Part shown: positions 9,163 to 19,503 of the stretch, in pieces
How positions within the stretch are numbered: position 1 is the first letter of the stretch
Layout of the letters: each line of letters opens with the position of its first letter
NCBI GenBank assembly: GCA_020630195.1
Contig: JAHDBV010000008.1
Coordinates: 877-64,876, forward strand
Direction: 5' to 3'
From: Acidimicrobiales bacterium
Lineage (GTDB): Bacteria > Actinomycetota > Acidimicrobiia > Acidimicrobiales > SZUA-35
Length of the DNA: 64,000 nt
Position numbers and translations under genes: made by a program
The notes under the pieces: generated by a model
The model's input: only the letters and a program-made list of their open reading frames with translations
The model's database searches: none
What the model was told of the DNA's origin: nothing

Positions 9163-10014
9163 ATGACGACGGTCGAGGTGTTCCTGGACGGGCTGGATTT
9201 CGGAGAGGGACCGCGCTGGCGCGACGGGCACCTCTGGTACTCCGACTTCTACCAACACGCCGTGTATCGGGTCGACGGCGCGGGGGAACGCACCACCGTC
9301 GTCGAGCTCCCCGATGCGGGGCAGCCGTCCGGGCTGGGCTGGATGCCCGACGGCTCGCTGCTCATCGTGTCGATGCTCGACCGGACGGTGTTGCGCTTCG
9401 CCGAGGGTGTGCTCACGACCCACGCCGATCTCGGTGCGATCGCCACGTTCCACTGCAACGACATGGTGGTGGCCGCCGATGGCTCGGCCTATGTCGGCAA
9501 CTTCGGCTGGGACATCGCCACCGATCCGCGGTCGGTCACACCGGCCAAGCTGGCGCTGGTCCGTCCCGACGGCTCGACCGCCGTGGCCGCCGACGACCTG
9601 TTGTTCCCGAACGGGATGTTGATCACCCCGGACGGGTCGACCCTGATCGTGGGCGAGAGCTACGGCGCCCGCTACCGGGCCTACGACGTCGCCGACGACG
9701 GCTCGCTTTCGAACGAGCGGGAGTGGGCGTCGGTACCGAAGACCGCCCCCGACGGCTGCGACCTCGACGCCGACGGTGGCATCTGGTTCGCCGACGCTCT
9801 CGGCGGTCGGGTGGTCCGGGTGCTCGAGGGCGGCGAGATCACCGATTCGGTCGAAGTCGGCGACGGTTGCTTCGCCTGCGTGCTCGGCGGCGACGACGGG
9901 CGCACCCTGTTCGCCCTGTGCGGCCCCGGCTCCCACCCCGACGCCGTGGCCGGCAAGGGTCTCGGCTCGATCCGCACCTTCGACGTCGACGTCCCGGCGG
10001 CGTGGGCCCGATGA
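9163..10014 (+). CDS. SMP-30 / gluconolactonase / LRE-like beta-propeller hydrolase
   Basis: ATG at 9163 inside ORF 9028..10014. Sequence [18 protein letters not shown]...[13 protein letters not shown]...[14 protein letters not shown]...[15 protein letters not shown] shows the six-bladed propeller repeats of the family. Confidence 0.85.
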   Translation: MTTVEVFLDGLDFGEGPRWRDGHLWYSDFYQHAVYRVDGAGERTTVVELPDAGQPSGLGWMPDGSLLIVSMLDRTVLRFAEGVLTTHADLGAIATFHCNDMVVAADGSAYVGNFGWDIATDPRSVTPAKLALVRPDGSTAVAADDLLFPNGMLITPDGSTLIVGESYGARYRAYDVADDGSLSNEREWASVPKTAPDGCDLDADGGIWFADALGGRVVRVLEGGEITDSVEVGDGCFACVLGGDDGRTLFALCGPGSHPDAVAGKGLGSIRTFDVDVPAAWAR

Positions 10015-11603
10015 CCACCGACGGCGTCAACTTCGGCGACCTGCTCGACGAGATCGGCCCGTCGCTCGGTGACCACCCGGCGATCGTGCACGACGACGGT
10101 GTCACGAGCTGGCGCGAGTTCGACCGGCGGACCAACGCCCTGGCCCGGGCGATGCGGGACCACGGAGCCGCCCCGGGCGACCGGGTCGCGTTCTTCCTCC
10201 ACAACGGGCCGCACTACATCGAGCTGCTGGCCGCCACCTTCAAGGCCCGCCTCGCCCACGCCAACATCAACTACCGCTACGTCGCCCACGAGGTCGCCCA
10301 TCTCGTGCGTGACTCCGACGCTCGGGTCGTCGTGTTCGACGCACGCCTCGGTGAGGTCCTCGCCGCGCTCGACCCGGAGCTGCTCGCCGGACGGCTCCTC
10401 GTCCGCGTCGGTGGCGACGGGCCGGTGGTCGACGGGGCGGTCGACTACGAGGCGCTGCTCGACGGGGTCGACACGGCACCACTCGGGGAGCAGCGCTCAC
10501 CGGCCGACCCGATCTTCATCTACACCGGCGGCACCACGGGCTACCCGAAGGGTGTCGTCTGGGAGACCGGTGACATGGCCCGGGTCATCTTCGGTGCCGA
10601 ACTCGTGGACCAGCCGTTCACCGTCGACCGGGTCGCCGCGCTGACCCGCACCCCGGATCGTGTCGTGCCCTACGACGTCGGACTCGTCGCCTCACCACTG
10701 ATGCACGGGGCCGCGCTGTGGATGGCGATCACGATGATGTGCAACGGCCACACCGCCGTCGTCGCCGACAACGCCGGCGGCTTCGACGCCGACCGCCACC
10801 TCGACCTCATCGAGGCGAACGGGGTCAACGGCATGATCCTGGTCGGCGACTCGTTCGCCCGGCCGTTGATCGCCGCGGCCGAGGCCCGACCGGGATCGCT
10901 CGGCTCCCTGCGGATCATGGGCTCGACCGGTGCGATCTGGAGTACCCCGATCAAACAACGGCTCCTCGAGCTCCATCCCGGCATGGTTCTGCTCGACCTG
11001 CTGGCCTCGACCGAGGCCGCGTCGATCGGTTCGTCGGTGACGACGGCGGCCGGCGGCGTCGAGACCGCCCGGTTCGAGCTCGGGCCGAACTGTCGGGTGT
11101 TCGACGACGACGATCGGCCCGTCGAGCCCGGGAGCGACACCGTCGGCTACCTGGCCGTCGGTGGTCCCCAGCCGGTCGGCTACCACAACGACCCCGACAA
11201 GACGGCGGCCACCTTCCGCACGATCGACGGGGTCCGGTACTCGTTCCCCGGTGACATGTGCACGGTCGACGCCGACGGCGGGATCACGCTGCTCGGACGA
11301 GGCAGCAACTGCATCAACACGGCGGGCGAGAAGGTGTTCCCCGAAGAGGTGGAGGAAGCGGTGAAGACGCACCCGGCCGTGCGGGACTGCCTCGTGGTCG
11401 GGCTCGAGGACGAGACCTGGGGCCAGGCCGTGGCCGCCGTCGTCGAAGCCGACGATCTGGACACCGACGAGCTCCGGGCCTTCCTGCGCGACGGTCGCCT
11501 GGCCGGCTACAAGATCCCCAAGCGGGTGGTGGTCGTCGGGTCGCTCGCTCGCAAGGCCAACGGCAAGGCCGACTATCCGGCCGCTCGGGCGGCGCTCTCG
11601 TGA
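10011..11603 (+). CDS. acyl-CoA synthetase (AMP-binding / adenylate-forming family)
   Basis: ATG at 10011 overlaps the upstream stop (ATGA). AMP-binding motif IYTGGTTGYPKGV. The C-terminal region ends ...GYKIPKRVVVV...NGKADY. The upstream 347 codons of ORF 8970..11603 are Arg/Gly/Pro junk. Confidence 0.85.
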   Translation: MTTDGVNFGDLLDEIGPSLGDHPAIVHDDGVTSWREFDRRTNALARAMRDHGAAPGDRVAFFLHNGPHYIELLAATFKARLAHANINYRYVAHEVAHLVRDSDARVVVFDARLGEVLAALDPELLAGRLLVRVGGDGPVVDGAVDYEALLDGVDTAPLGEQRSPADPIFIYTGGTTGYPKGVVWETGDMARVIFGAELVDQPFTVDRVAALTRTPDRVVPYDVGLVASPLMHGAALWMAITMMCNGHTAVVADNAGGFDADRHLDLIEANGVNGMILVGDSFARPLIAAAEARPGSLGSLRIMGSTGAIWSTPIKQRLLELHPGMVLLDLLASTEAASIGSSVTTAAGGVETARFELGPNCRVFDDDDRPVEPGSDTVGYLAVGGPQPVGYHNDPDKTAATFRTIDGVRYSFPGDMCTVDADGGITLLGRGSNCINTAGEKVFPEEVEEAVKTHPAVRDCLVVGLEDETWGQAVAAVVEADDLDTDELRAFLRDGRLAGYKIPKRVVVVGSLARKANGKADYPAARAALS

Positions 11604-12340
11604 GCGGCCGGGCCGACGACACCGTCGCACTCATCACGGGTGGTGCCTCGGGGATCGGGTTGGCCACCGCCCATCGGTTCGCCGAACTCGGCGCAGCGGG
11701 TGTGGCCCTGCTCGACCGGGACACGACGGCGCTCGATTCGGCGGCGGTCACCCTGGCGGATCGCTTCACGGGGCTCGCCGTACAGACGATCACGCTCGAC
11801 GTCACCGACGCCGCTGCGCTGGCGGCGGCCTTCGACGACGTGGTCGAGCGCCACGGCCGGCTCGATCACGTCGTGAACAACGCCGCCCGCATGACCGGCC
11901 TGCCGGTGTTCCCCGACCTGGCACCGCCCCGGGTCGCCGAGGTGCTCCAGCTCAACGTCGAGGCCGTCGTCGTCGGGTGCATGCTCGCTCACGAGCATCT
12001 GGCCGACCGAGGTGGGTCGGTCACGTGCACGGCTTCGGGTGCGGGCAAGGTGCCGTTCCCGTCGGACCCCCTCTACGGAGCCAGCAAGGCGGCGGTGATC
12101 ATGTTCGTCCGGTCGGCCGCGGCGACCTTCGCCGAGTCGGGGATCCGCCTCAACGCCGTGTGCCCGTCGCTCGTCGACACCCCGATGCTGCACGGCAGTG
12201 TGGAAGGTCGCCCTGAGCTCGCCGCAGCCCTCGCCGTGGCGCCGACACTGTCGGCCGACGAGGTGGCCGAGGTGCTCGTCGGGCTGGCGCTCGATCCCGA
12301 CGCCGTCGGACAGACCCCGAGCGTGCTGCCCGAGACCTGA
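11600..12340 (+). CDS. short-chain dehydrogenase/reductase (SDR)
   Basis: GTG at 11600 overlaps the upstream stop (GTGA). Carries the Rossmann motif ITGGASGIGLA and the YGASKAAV catalytic YxxxK. Confidence 0.85.
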   Translation: MSGRADDTVALITGGASGIGLATAHRFAELGAAGVALLDRDTTALDSAAVTLADRFTGLAVQTITLDVTDAAALAAAFDDVVERHGRLDHVVNNAARMTGLPVFPDLAPPRVAEVLQLNVEAVVVGCMLAHEHLADRGGSVTCTASGAGKVPFPSDPLYGASKAAVIMFVRSAAATFAESGIRLNAVCPSLVDTPMLHGSVEGRPELAAALAVAPTLSADEVAEVLVGLALDPDAVGQTPSVLPET

Positions 12341-12373
12341 GCGACGCGGCCTCGTCGAATCAGGCCCGTCGGG

Positions 12374-13627
12374 TCAGGCTCGGCGGCGGTGTTCGGTGAG
12401 GAACTCGATCGCCCGGCCCCGGAGATCGGCCGGTGCCTCAGGCACGACGACCGGACCGCCGTCGCGGGTCGGCAACGCGATCGTGGCGGTCGCGAATGCC
12501 GTCTCCTCGCCGCGCTGGTTCACCGAGGCCACCCGCACGTCGACCGTCGCCAACCCGTCGGGTGACGAGGCGGCGTCGTGCGCGGCTTCGACGGTGCCGG
12601 TGAGGGTCTGGAGGTCGCCGAGGTAGTTGAACTTGCGGATCTCGTCGTGCTGGCGGAGCACCCAACCGTCGTCACCGCAGAAGTCGGTGAGAGCGTGGTG
12701 CAGCCAGAACTCGCGGGTCAGCCCCCAGTCGTAGGCCTGTGGATTGCCGACCTTCTTCGCGAGGTCGCCGTCCCAGTGCACCCGCGCTTCGGTGTCGAAC
12801 GCTCCCTGGGCGTTGCGGGAGTACATCATCGGCATCCGCGCCCGGTCCTTGGCCGCCACCCGACCGGTGGCGAGCATGCGCTGCGGGGCGAAGCCGTACC
12901 CAGCGGCATGGGTGAGGATCATGTCGGTCATCACGAGTGGCCCCTTCTGGAGGGGGCCGAACGTCTCGCCGGCGGCGACGTCCTCCCAGTAGCGGGGCTC
13001 GGCACCTCGGGGTGCCTCGGCGAGGTAGGCCTCGTCGATCGGACCGAGGTCGTCGCGGTCCCAGTGAGCGGCCTCGATCTCGGCGTACTTGCCCTTCTCC
13101 CGAGCCGTCTTGCGCTCGGCGATGATCCGCAGCAGCCGGTAGACGCCGACCACCTCGGCCCGCTGGTTGAACTTCACGTAGCGCCGGGTGATGTGCACGG
13201 TGCGCCCGCCGAACTCCGATTCCTTCACCTCGAGGGTCTCCTCACCCTCGAAGCTGTAGATCGTGTCCCCCGGGTACATCGGGCGGTGCCAGGTCCAGGT
13301 GCCGCCCGACATGAACGTCTGGCAGCCCTTGAACGCCCCCCGGGCCCGCTTGCGGACCTCGCGGGGGATGCGCTCGCCCCGCAGCGGGGCGTTCACGATC
13401 GCCGCCATGATGTTCGGCGCGATCACCTCGCCCCAGCGGCTCGTGCGAGCGTGGTCGGGATCGATGTAGAGCGGGTTGTCGTCGCCGATGCCGAGCGCGA
13501 AGTTGCGGATCGAGTCGACCGAGAGCGTCGTGTGGAACTCCTGGTGCGGGCTCGGTTCGTCGAGGCCGACGACTTCCATCTGCCGTTCGATGTCGGCGTC
13601 GGTGATCTGTCCGGTGGTGTCGCTCAC
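12374..13627 (-). CDS. MaoC-like / double hot-dog acyl dehydratase (enoyl-CoA hydratase type)
   Basis: ORF 12374..13756. GTG at 13627 has a GGGGGA RBS-like sequence upstream. Shows two hot-dog-like halves (…FALGIGDDNPLYIDP… and …HWDGDLAKKVG…). Confidence 0.75.
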   Translation of the reverse strand: MSDTTGQITDADIERQMEVVGLDEPSPHQEFHTTLSVDSIRNFALGIGDDNPLYIDPDHARTSRWGEVIAPNIMAAIVNAPLRGERIPREVRKRARGAFKGCQTFMSGGTWTWHRPMYPGDTIYSFEGEETLEVKESEFGGRTVHITRRYVKFNQRAEVVGVYRLLRIIAERKTAREKGKYAEIEAAHWDRDDLGPIDEAYLAEAPRGAEPRYWEDVAAGETFGPLQKGPLVMTDMILTHAAGYGFAPQRMLATGRVAAKDRARMPMMYSRNAQGAFDTEARVHWDGDLAKKVGNPQAYDWGLTREFWLHHALTDFCGDDGWVLRQHDEIRKFNYLGDLQTLTGTVEAAHDAASSPDGLATVDVRVASVNQRGEETAFATATIALPTRDGGPVVVPEAPADLRGRAIEFLTEHRRRA

Positions 13628-13772
13628 GTCGTCCCCCCTGCCGGCCCGGTCGGTCGGCCGGGCGGACGAGGCGACCGTAGTCCCTACGACCTCGACGGTT
13701 CCTCTGCGGCCTCTGGGAGCGCTCCGGACCTCCGGACTAGGGTCGCCACCGTTCACTCCGAAGGGGGCTCGT

Positions 13773-14843
13773 GTGGACGTCGGCTTTCACCAGATCTTCT
13801 CGTCCTACGGCTGGGACGGCATCACCGATGCCGAGGTCTACGACCAGGAGGTGCGGTTCGCCCGACTCGCCGACGAACTCGGCTTCAGCTGTCTCTGGCC
13901 GACCGAGCACCACTTCCACGACTACTCGTTCTGCCCGGACAACACCCAGTACCTCGCCTACATGGCCGGGGTGACCGAACGGATCGACCTCGGCACCGCG
14001 GCGGTGATCCTGCCGTGGAACGATCCGCTGCGGGTGGCCGAGAAGATCTCGATGCTCGACCAACTCACCGGCGGCCGGGTCCGGTTCGGGATGGGCCGGG
14101 GCCTGTCCCGCTTCGAGTTCGAGGCGTTCCGCGGCGTCGAGATGGGGGAGTCACGCGAACGGTTCGACGAGGCGTCCCTGATGGTGACGACGGCCCTCGA
14201 GACCGGCTTCATCGAGGGCGACGGTCCCTTCTACCCGCAGGTCCGCAAGGAGATCCGGCCCCGCCCGACCCGCTCGTTCGTCGGGCGGACCTATGCCGTG
14301 GCCAACTCGCCCGACTCGATCGAGGCGTGTGCGGCGTGTGGGGCGAACATCATCATGTTCGCCGAGTCGAACTGGGAGAAGCGGCTGCCCGCCCTCGAGC
14401 GGTATCGGGAGCGCTTCGAACACCACCAGGGACGTCCGGCGCCGATGCCGCTGACGGCCGACTTCGCCTACTGCCACGAGGACGCCGACACGGCGGTCGA
14501 GGTCGCCCAGGAGGCACTCGCGAACTACCTGTCGAGTCTGCTCGAACACTACGAGCTGACGGGCTCCCATCTCGACGGACTCAAGGGCTACACGGGCTAC
14601 GGCAAGCAGGCCGAGTACCTCCGGGAGCACGGGTTCGAGAAGTTCATCGACGGCTTCCTGGCGGCGAACTCCTACGGCACCCCCGGCCAGATGATCGATC
14701 GGTTCCGGGCCCGGCGGGAGATCATCGGACCGTTCGAGCTGGCGACGTGTTTCCGCTTCGGCGGGCTCGATCCCGAGGCCGTCGAGGCCAGCATCCGGCT
14801 GTTCGCCGCCGAGGTGTTGCCGGAGCTGGCGTCGTGGGACTGA
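13773..14843 (+). CDS. luciferase-like (LLM class) flavin-dependent oxidoreductase
   Basis: GTG at 13773 (GGGGG upstream) in frame with ORF 13476..14843. Sequence shows LGFSCLWPTEHHFHDY...GGRVRFGMGRG... Confidence 0.8.
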   Translation: MDVGFHQIFSSYGWDGITDAEVYDQEVRFARLADELGFSCLWPTEHHFHDYSFCPDNTQYLAYMAGVTERIDLGTAAVILPWNDPLRVAEKISMLDQLTGGRVRFGMGRGLSRFEFEAFRGVEMGESRERFDEASLMVTTALETGFIEGDGPFYPQVRKEIRPRPTRSFVGRTYAVANSPDSIEACAACGANIIMFAESNWEKRLPALERYRERFEHHQGRPAPMPLTADFAYCHEDADTAVEVAQEALANYLSSLLEHYELTGSHLDGLKGYTGYGKQAEYLREHGFEKFIDGFLAANSYGTPGQMIDRFRARREIIGPFELATCFRFGGLDPEAVEASIRLFAAEVLPELASWD

Positions 14844-14900
14844 GGGTGACCCTGAGCGGAGCGAAGCGATGGAACCGAGCACGTCGAGAGGGAGCGAACG

Positions 14901-16091
14901 ATGAGTGAGCAGGAGAACGAAGCACCGCTCGAGGGTGTGCGGGTCGTCGAGCTGGGCGTCTGGATCGCCGGGCCCGCGGCGGCCGGCATGTTGGCCGACT
15001 GGGGCGCCGAGGTCGTCAAGGTCGAGTCGACGAGTGGCGACCCGCAGCGTCACATCCTCGCCACCGTCGGACGGGAGATGCCACGCCTGCCTCCGTTCGA
15101 GGTCGACAACCGCGGCAAACGCTCCGTCGTGCTCGACCTGAAGACCGACACCGGCCTGCGGGACATGGACCGGCTCCTCGCCGAGGCCGACGTGTTCGTC
15201 ACCAACCTGCGGGTCGAGGCGCTGCGTCGTCTGGGGCTCGACCCCGATGCGGTGCGGGCGCGGTTCCCGTCGCTCGTCTACGGCCTCGTGACCGGGTACG
15301 GCACCGAGGGTCCCGAGGCGGATCGGGCGGCCTACGACGTGGCCGGCTTCTGGGCCCGGTCGGGTGTGGCCAACGCCTTCACCGCGCGGGAGGGTGAGCC
15401 CCCGTTGTGTCCGCCGTCGTTCGGCGACCACATCACCGCCACGGGGCTCGTCGGTGGGATCTGTGCGGCGCTCGTGGCCCGGGGCCGCACGGGGGAGGGG
15501 CGCCTCGTCGAGACGTCGCTGCTCCGGTCGGGCATCTGGGCCAACTCCGCCGACCTGGCGCTCCAGCTGCAGAACGGCACGGCCGGTCGGACCCTCGCCC
15601 GTCACGAAGCCCCCAATCCGATGCTCAACGGCTACCGCTGCGCGGACGGCCGATGGTTGTGGCTGATCCTGCTCGAATCGGACCGGCACTGGCCGGCGCT
15701 GCGGGCGGCCCTCGGTGACGAGGAGGTCGCAGCCGACGAACGTTTCGCCACCGCCGGCGGCCGCGCCAAGCATCGCCGGGAACTGATCGCACGGTTCGGC
15801 GAGATCTTCGCCACCCGGACCCGGGCCGAGTGGGGAACGATCCTCGACGAGCACGGGGTCTGGTGGGCGCCGCAGGCCGACCTCGCCGACGTGGCGGCCG
15901 ACCCGCAGGTGGCGGCGTCGCGAGCCATCGTCGAGCTGCCGGCATCGGACCACGTGCCGGCCGCCCCGACGGTCGCGTCACCGGTCGACTTCGACGGTCG
16001 GCCGATCACGATCCGACGTGCCTCACCCGTCACCGGCGAACACGGCGCCGAGGTCGCCGCCGAGTTCGGGCTCGAGTCGCCCGGCTCCTGA
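14901..16091 (+). CDS. family III CoA-transferase (CaiB/BaiF type)
   Basis: 396-aa ORF. Shows LEGVRVVELGVWIAGPAAAGMLADWGAEVVKVE...NRGKRS..LDLK, the typical family III N-terminus. Confidence 0.9.
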   Translation: MSEQENEAPLEGVRVVELGVWIAGPAAAGMLADWGAEVVKVESTSGDPQRHILATVGREMPRLPPFEVDNRGKRSVVLDLKTDTGLRDMDRLLAEADVFVTNLRVEALRRLGLDPDAVRARFPSLVYGLVTGYGTEGPEADRAAYDVAGFWARSGVANAFTAREGEPPLCPPSFGDHITATGLVGGICAALVARGRTGEGRLVETSLLRSGIWANSADLALQLQNGTAGRTLARHEAPNPMLNGYRCADGRWLWLILLESDRHWPALRAALGDEEVAADERFATAGGRAKHRRELIARFGEIFATRTRAEWGTILDEHGVWWAPQADLADVAADPQVAASRAIVELPASDHVPAAPTVASPVDFDGRPITIRRASPVTGEHGAEVAAEFGLESPGS

Positions 16092-16140
16092 ATGGTGGAC
16101 GTGTCGGGCAGTGCGCCTCGTCCTGGGCGATGATCCCGGG

Positions 16141-16998
16141 ATGGCGAGCGCTCTCGACGTCCTGATCACCGACGACCTCGTCGAGCGGTTCGCCGTCGAC
16201 GGAGTCGTGCCCGTCCGAGGGGTGTTCGACCCCGCCTGGATCGACGTCCTGCGGACCGGGCTCGAACGCCACCTCGCCGCACCCACCGAGCGTGCCCGCA
16301 CCTGGGACCGCGACGCCCACGGTCGCACCATGTTCTGGGACGCGATGGCCTGGCACGGGGTGCCCGAGTACGAGCAGTTCGTCCGGGACTCACCGGCCGC
16401 GGCCGTCGCGGCCCGCATGCTCGGGTCGAGTCGGATCCACTACTTCTTCGACGCCGTGTTCGTGCGTTCGGCCGGCTCGCAGTTCCAGACCCCGTGGCAT
16501 CAGGACGAGCCCTACTGGAGTGTGGAGGGGTCCCAGACCTGCACCGTGTGGATGCCGCTCGTGCCGGTGGCGGCCGAGCACGCCCTCGCCTTCGTGCCCG
16601 GCTCGCATCTCGGCACGACGGTGTTCGATCAGTACGACTTCGGGTCGCTCAATCCCGACGACAAACACGACGTCGACCGGAGTGACTTCTCCGCTATTGC
16701 CGAGGCCGACATCCCGGACATCTCGGCTGATCCCGAACGGTTCGGTGTCGTGAGTTGGGACCTGGAGCCCGGCGACGCCGTCGTGTTCAACAGCCGCATC
16801 CTGCACGGCGGTTCGGGGTGCCTGCCCGAGGGTCGTGACCTGCGGGTGTTCACCTCCAAGTGGCTCGGCGACGACGTGCGGATCCGGTTCCGCGACGTCG
16901 GGATGGATCCCGACTTCAGCGGGATCATGCGGGATCACGGCCTGGCCGACGGCGACCGTCCCGGCACGGACCTGCTGCCCGAGATCGCACTCGGCTGA
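16141..16998 (+). CDS. phytanoyl-CoA dioxygenase (PhyH) family Fe(II)/2-oxoglutarate oxygenase
   Basis: ATG at 16141 in ORF 16018..16998. WHQDEPYW (HxD), ...VVFNSRILHGG (distal His). Confidence 0.85.
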   Translation: MASALDVLITDDLVERFAVDGVVPVRGVFDPAWIDVLRTGLERHLAAPTERARTWDRDAHGRTMFWDAMAWHGVPEYEQFVRDSPAAAVAARMLGSSRIHYFFDAVFVRSAGSQFQTPWHQDEPYWSVEGSQTCTVWMPLVPVAAEHALAFVPGSHLGTTVFDQYDFGSLNPDDKHDVDRSDFSAIAEADIPDISADPERFGVVSWDLEPGDAVVFNSRILHGGSGCLPEGRDLRVFTSKWLGDDVRIRFRDVGMDPDFSGIMRDHGLADGDRPGTDLLPEIALG

Positions 16999-17019
16999 CC
17001 GAGCCGGGGACCGGGTCCG

Positions 17020-19503
17020 TCAGCTGCGGGGCCGCTCGTGGTCGGGGTCGTAGATCCCGTGGGCGTGACGGACGGCGGGGGCGTCGACTCCCCATGCGTC
17101 GATCGTGAAGCCGTCCATCCGATCGGCGAAGCGGCCCTCGACATAGCCGAGGCAGACCCGTTCGCCGGTCCGGAAGCCCATCGAGGCCGATGTCACGAAC
17201 CCGGCCAGCTCACCATCGACGCGGATCGGGGCCGACGGTGGCGGATCGCCGGCCGGTCCCGGGGCACCCGAGACGTCGACGGTCCAGGTCCCGTAGCTCC
17301 AGTCGGGCACCCGGTCGGCCAGCGCGGCGGCGGCCGCCCGACCGATGAAGTCGGGCTTGGTGAGATCGACGAACCGCTCGATGCCGACGTCGAACGGGGT
17401 GTACTCGACGCCGAACTCGCTGCCCCAGCCGTGATAGCCCTTCTCGACCCGCATGGCGTTGAGTGCGTAGGAGCCGAAGTCGCGGAGGCCGAGGTCGGCG
17501 CCGGCCTCGTGCAACGCCTCGTAGAGGGCGACGAGATCGCCGTCGTCGACGTGGAGCTCCCAGCCGAGTTCGCCGACGAAGCTCACCCGGAGTGCGGTGC
17601 ACACGACGCCGGCCACGGTGATCTCCCGAACCGACATCCAGGGCGCCGCCTCGCGTGACAGGTCGTCGTCGCTCAGCCGTTCGAGCAGGGTGCGCGACGA
17701 CGGCCCCATGACCATGAGGGTCGACGTGTGCCGGGTGCCGAGGCGGACCTCGACGTCGTCGGCGAGACCCACGTGGCGCTGCAGCCAGTCGAGATCGCGC
17801 TCGCGGGCCGCGGTGGGGCCGAGGAGCAGGAAGTGGTCGTCGGCGAGGCGGGCGATGGTCGCCTCGGTCCACACCGTGCCGTTCGGCCGGAGGAAGTAGG
17901 AGAGTCGGACCCGACCGACACCCGGCAACCGGGTGCACGTCATGCGGTCGAGGAAGGCCGCCGCATCGGGCCCCGAGACCTCGAACCGGGTGAACCCGCC
18001 GTGGTCCATCACCCCGACACCGTCCCGCACGGCTCGGCACTCCTCGGCCACGACGTCGTGCCAGTGCTCGTCCCGGTAGCTGAGGGTCTCGTGGGCGTAC
18101 TCGTCCGAGCCGAACCAGAAGGCCCGCTCCCAGCCGGCGATCTGTCCGAACCGGGCACCCTTCGCGGCGAGGGTGTCGTAGAGCGGGGTCTGCTGCACCG
18201 GGCGGGCCGTGGTCCACATGCGGTGCGGGAACGGGGCGCCGTACTGGTGCTCGTACATCTCCCGGACCCGGGCGTTCGGGTAGCTGTCCCGGCCCGATCC
18301 GGCGGTCGCCCAGGCGCCGAAGCGGCGCGGGTCCCACGGCCAGACGTCCCACTCGGTGTCGCCGCCCGTGATCATCTCGGTGAGCACCTTGCCGGCGGCC
18401 GCGGCGTGGGTGATGCCGATCTGGACACCGACGGCCTGGTACCAACCGTCGACCCCGGCCACCGGTCCGATGAGCGGGTTCATGTCGGGGGTGTAGGTGA
18501 TGGGTCCGTTGACGAACTCGGCGATGCCGACCTCGCCGAGGATCGGGACGTGGGCCATCGCCTGTTCAGCGACCTCGACGATGCCGTCGGTGTCGGCGGC
18601 GAAGAGCGACGAATCGAACACGTCGGGCCGGCCGTTCTCCCAGACCGTGCGGCCCTCGTGGCCGTAGTTGCCGAACAGGAAGCGGTCGTTCTCCTGGCGC
18701 AGGTAGAACATGATCTCCGGGTCCCGGACGAGCGGGAACGGTTCGGTCAGCTCGTCGAGCTGTGGCACCGCGCCGGTGACGAGGTACTGGTGCTCGAGCA
18801 CGGCCAGTGGGGCGTCGATCCCGGCCATGGCGGAGATGTCGGCGCCGTAGAAGCCGGCGGCGTTGATCACGATGTCGGCCTCGATCGTGCCCGGACCCGC
18901 CGAGCTGTCGACATGCACCCGCCAGCGGGCGTCGTCGCCGGGGCCGAGTCGGTCGATGCCGACCACACGGGTGTGGCGTCGCACCGTCGCGCCGAGCGCA
19001 CGTGCCCGCCGAGCGAAGCCCTGGGTCAGTCCACTGGGATCGATGTCGCCTTCGTAGGGGTCGAGCAGGCCGGCGATGACGGTGCCGTCGTCGTCCCAGA
19101 ACGGGTGCATGTCGGCCATCTCGGTGGGCGAGACGATCTTGAGGTCGAACCCGAGGCCGGTGGAGATGGCGACGAGATGATGGAAGTGGTCGAGGCGTTC
19201 GGGGGTGTGCCCGGGCCAGAACGCCTTGGTGTGGCGGTAGGTGATCGGGTCGTCGGGGTCGTCGGCCAGTTCGGAGTAGAGCCGCCACGCGTAGTTTCCG
19301 GCCCGTTGGCCCAGCCACGAGTTGGAGAAGGTCGGCACGTTGCCCGCGGCGTGCCAGGTCGACCCCGAGGTGAGTTCGTGTTTCTCGAGCAGCACCGCAT
19401 CGGTGCGGCCCGCTTCGGCGAGGTGCCAGAGAATCGAGGCGCCGACGGCACCACCGCCGATGACGACGATCTCGTGCCGGGCGTCGGTCGAGGGGGCACT
19501 CAC
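17020..19503 (-). CDS. FAD-dependent oxidase fused to a GcvT-type folate-binding aminomethyltransferase domain (dimethylglycine/sarcosine dehydrogenase family)
   Basis: 827-aa ORF. N-terminal dinucleotide motif VVIGGGAVGAS. The C-terminal half shows the GcvT-like pattern (…GYHGWGSEF…). The GTG start overlaps the MttB stop (GTGA). Confidence 0.9.
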   Translation of the reverse strand: MSAPSTDARHEIVVIGGGAVGASILWHLAEAGRTDAVLLEKHELTSGSTWHAAGNVPTFSNSWLGQRAGNYAWRLYSELADDPDDPITYRHTKAFWPGHTPERLDHFHHLVAISTGLGFDLKIVSPTEMADMHPFWDDDGTVIAGLLDPYEGDIDPSGLTQGFARRARALGATVRRHTRVVGIDRLGPGDDARWRVHVDSSAGPGTIEADIVINAAGFYGADISAMAGIDAPLAVLEHQYLVTGAVPQLDELTEPFPLVRDPEIMFYLRQENDRFLFGNYGHEGRTVWENGRPDVFDSSLFAADTDGIVEVAEQAMAHVPILGEVGIAEFVNGPITYTPDMNPLIGPVAGVDGWYQAVGVQIGITHAAAAGKVLTEMITGGDTEWDVWPWDPRRFGAWATAGSGRDSYPNARVREMYEHQYGAPFPHRMWTTARPVQQTPLYDTLAAKGARFGQIAGWERAFWFGSDEYAHETLSYRDEHWHDVVAEECRAVRDGVGVMDHGGFTRFEVSGPDAAAFLDRMTCTRLPGVGRVRLSYFLRPNGTVWTEATIARLADDHFLLLGPTAARERDLDWLQRHVGLADDVEVRLGTRHTSTLMVMGPSSRTLLERLSDDDLSREAAPWMSVREITVAGVVCTALRVSFVGELGWELHVDDGDLVALYEALHEAGADLGLRDFGSYALNAMRVEKGYHGWGSEFGVEYTPFDVGIERFVDLTKPDFIGRAAAAALADRVPDWSYGTWTVDVSGAPGPAGDPPPSAPIRVDGELAGFVTSASMGFRTGERVCLGYVEGRFADRMDGFTIDAWGVDAPAVRHAHGIYDPDHERPRS

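Noticed and set aside
12578-15953. Very long ORFs 12578..14908 (+, 776 aa) and 14151..15953 (-, 600 aa)
   Set aside because: Both run antisense or out of frame to well-formed MaoC, LLM and CaiB genes. Their composition is dominated by Arg, Gly, Pro, Val and Asp. They have no family motifs and their codon third positions are not G/C-biased in the way the accepted frames are.
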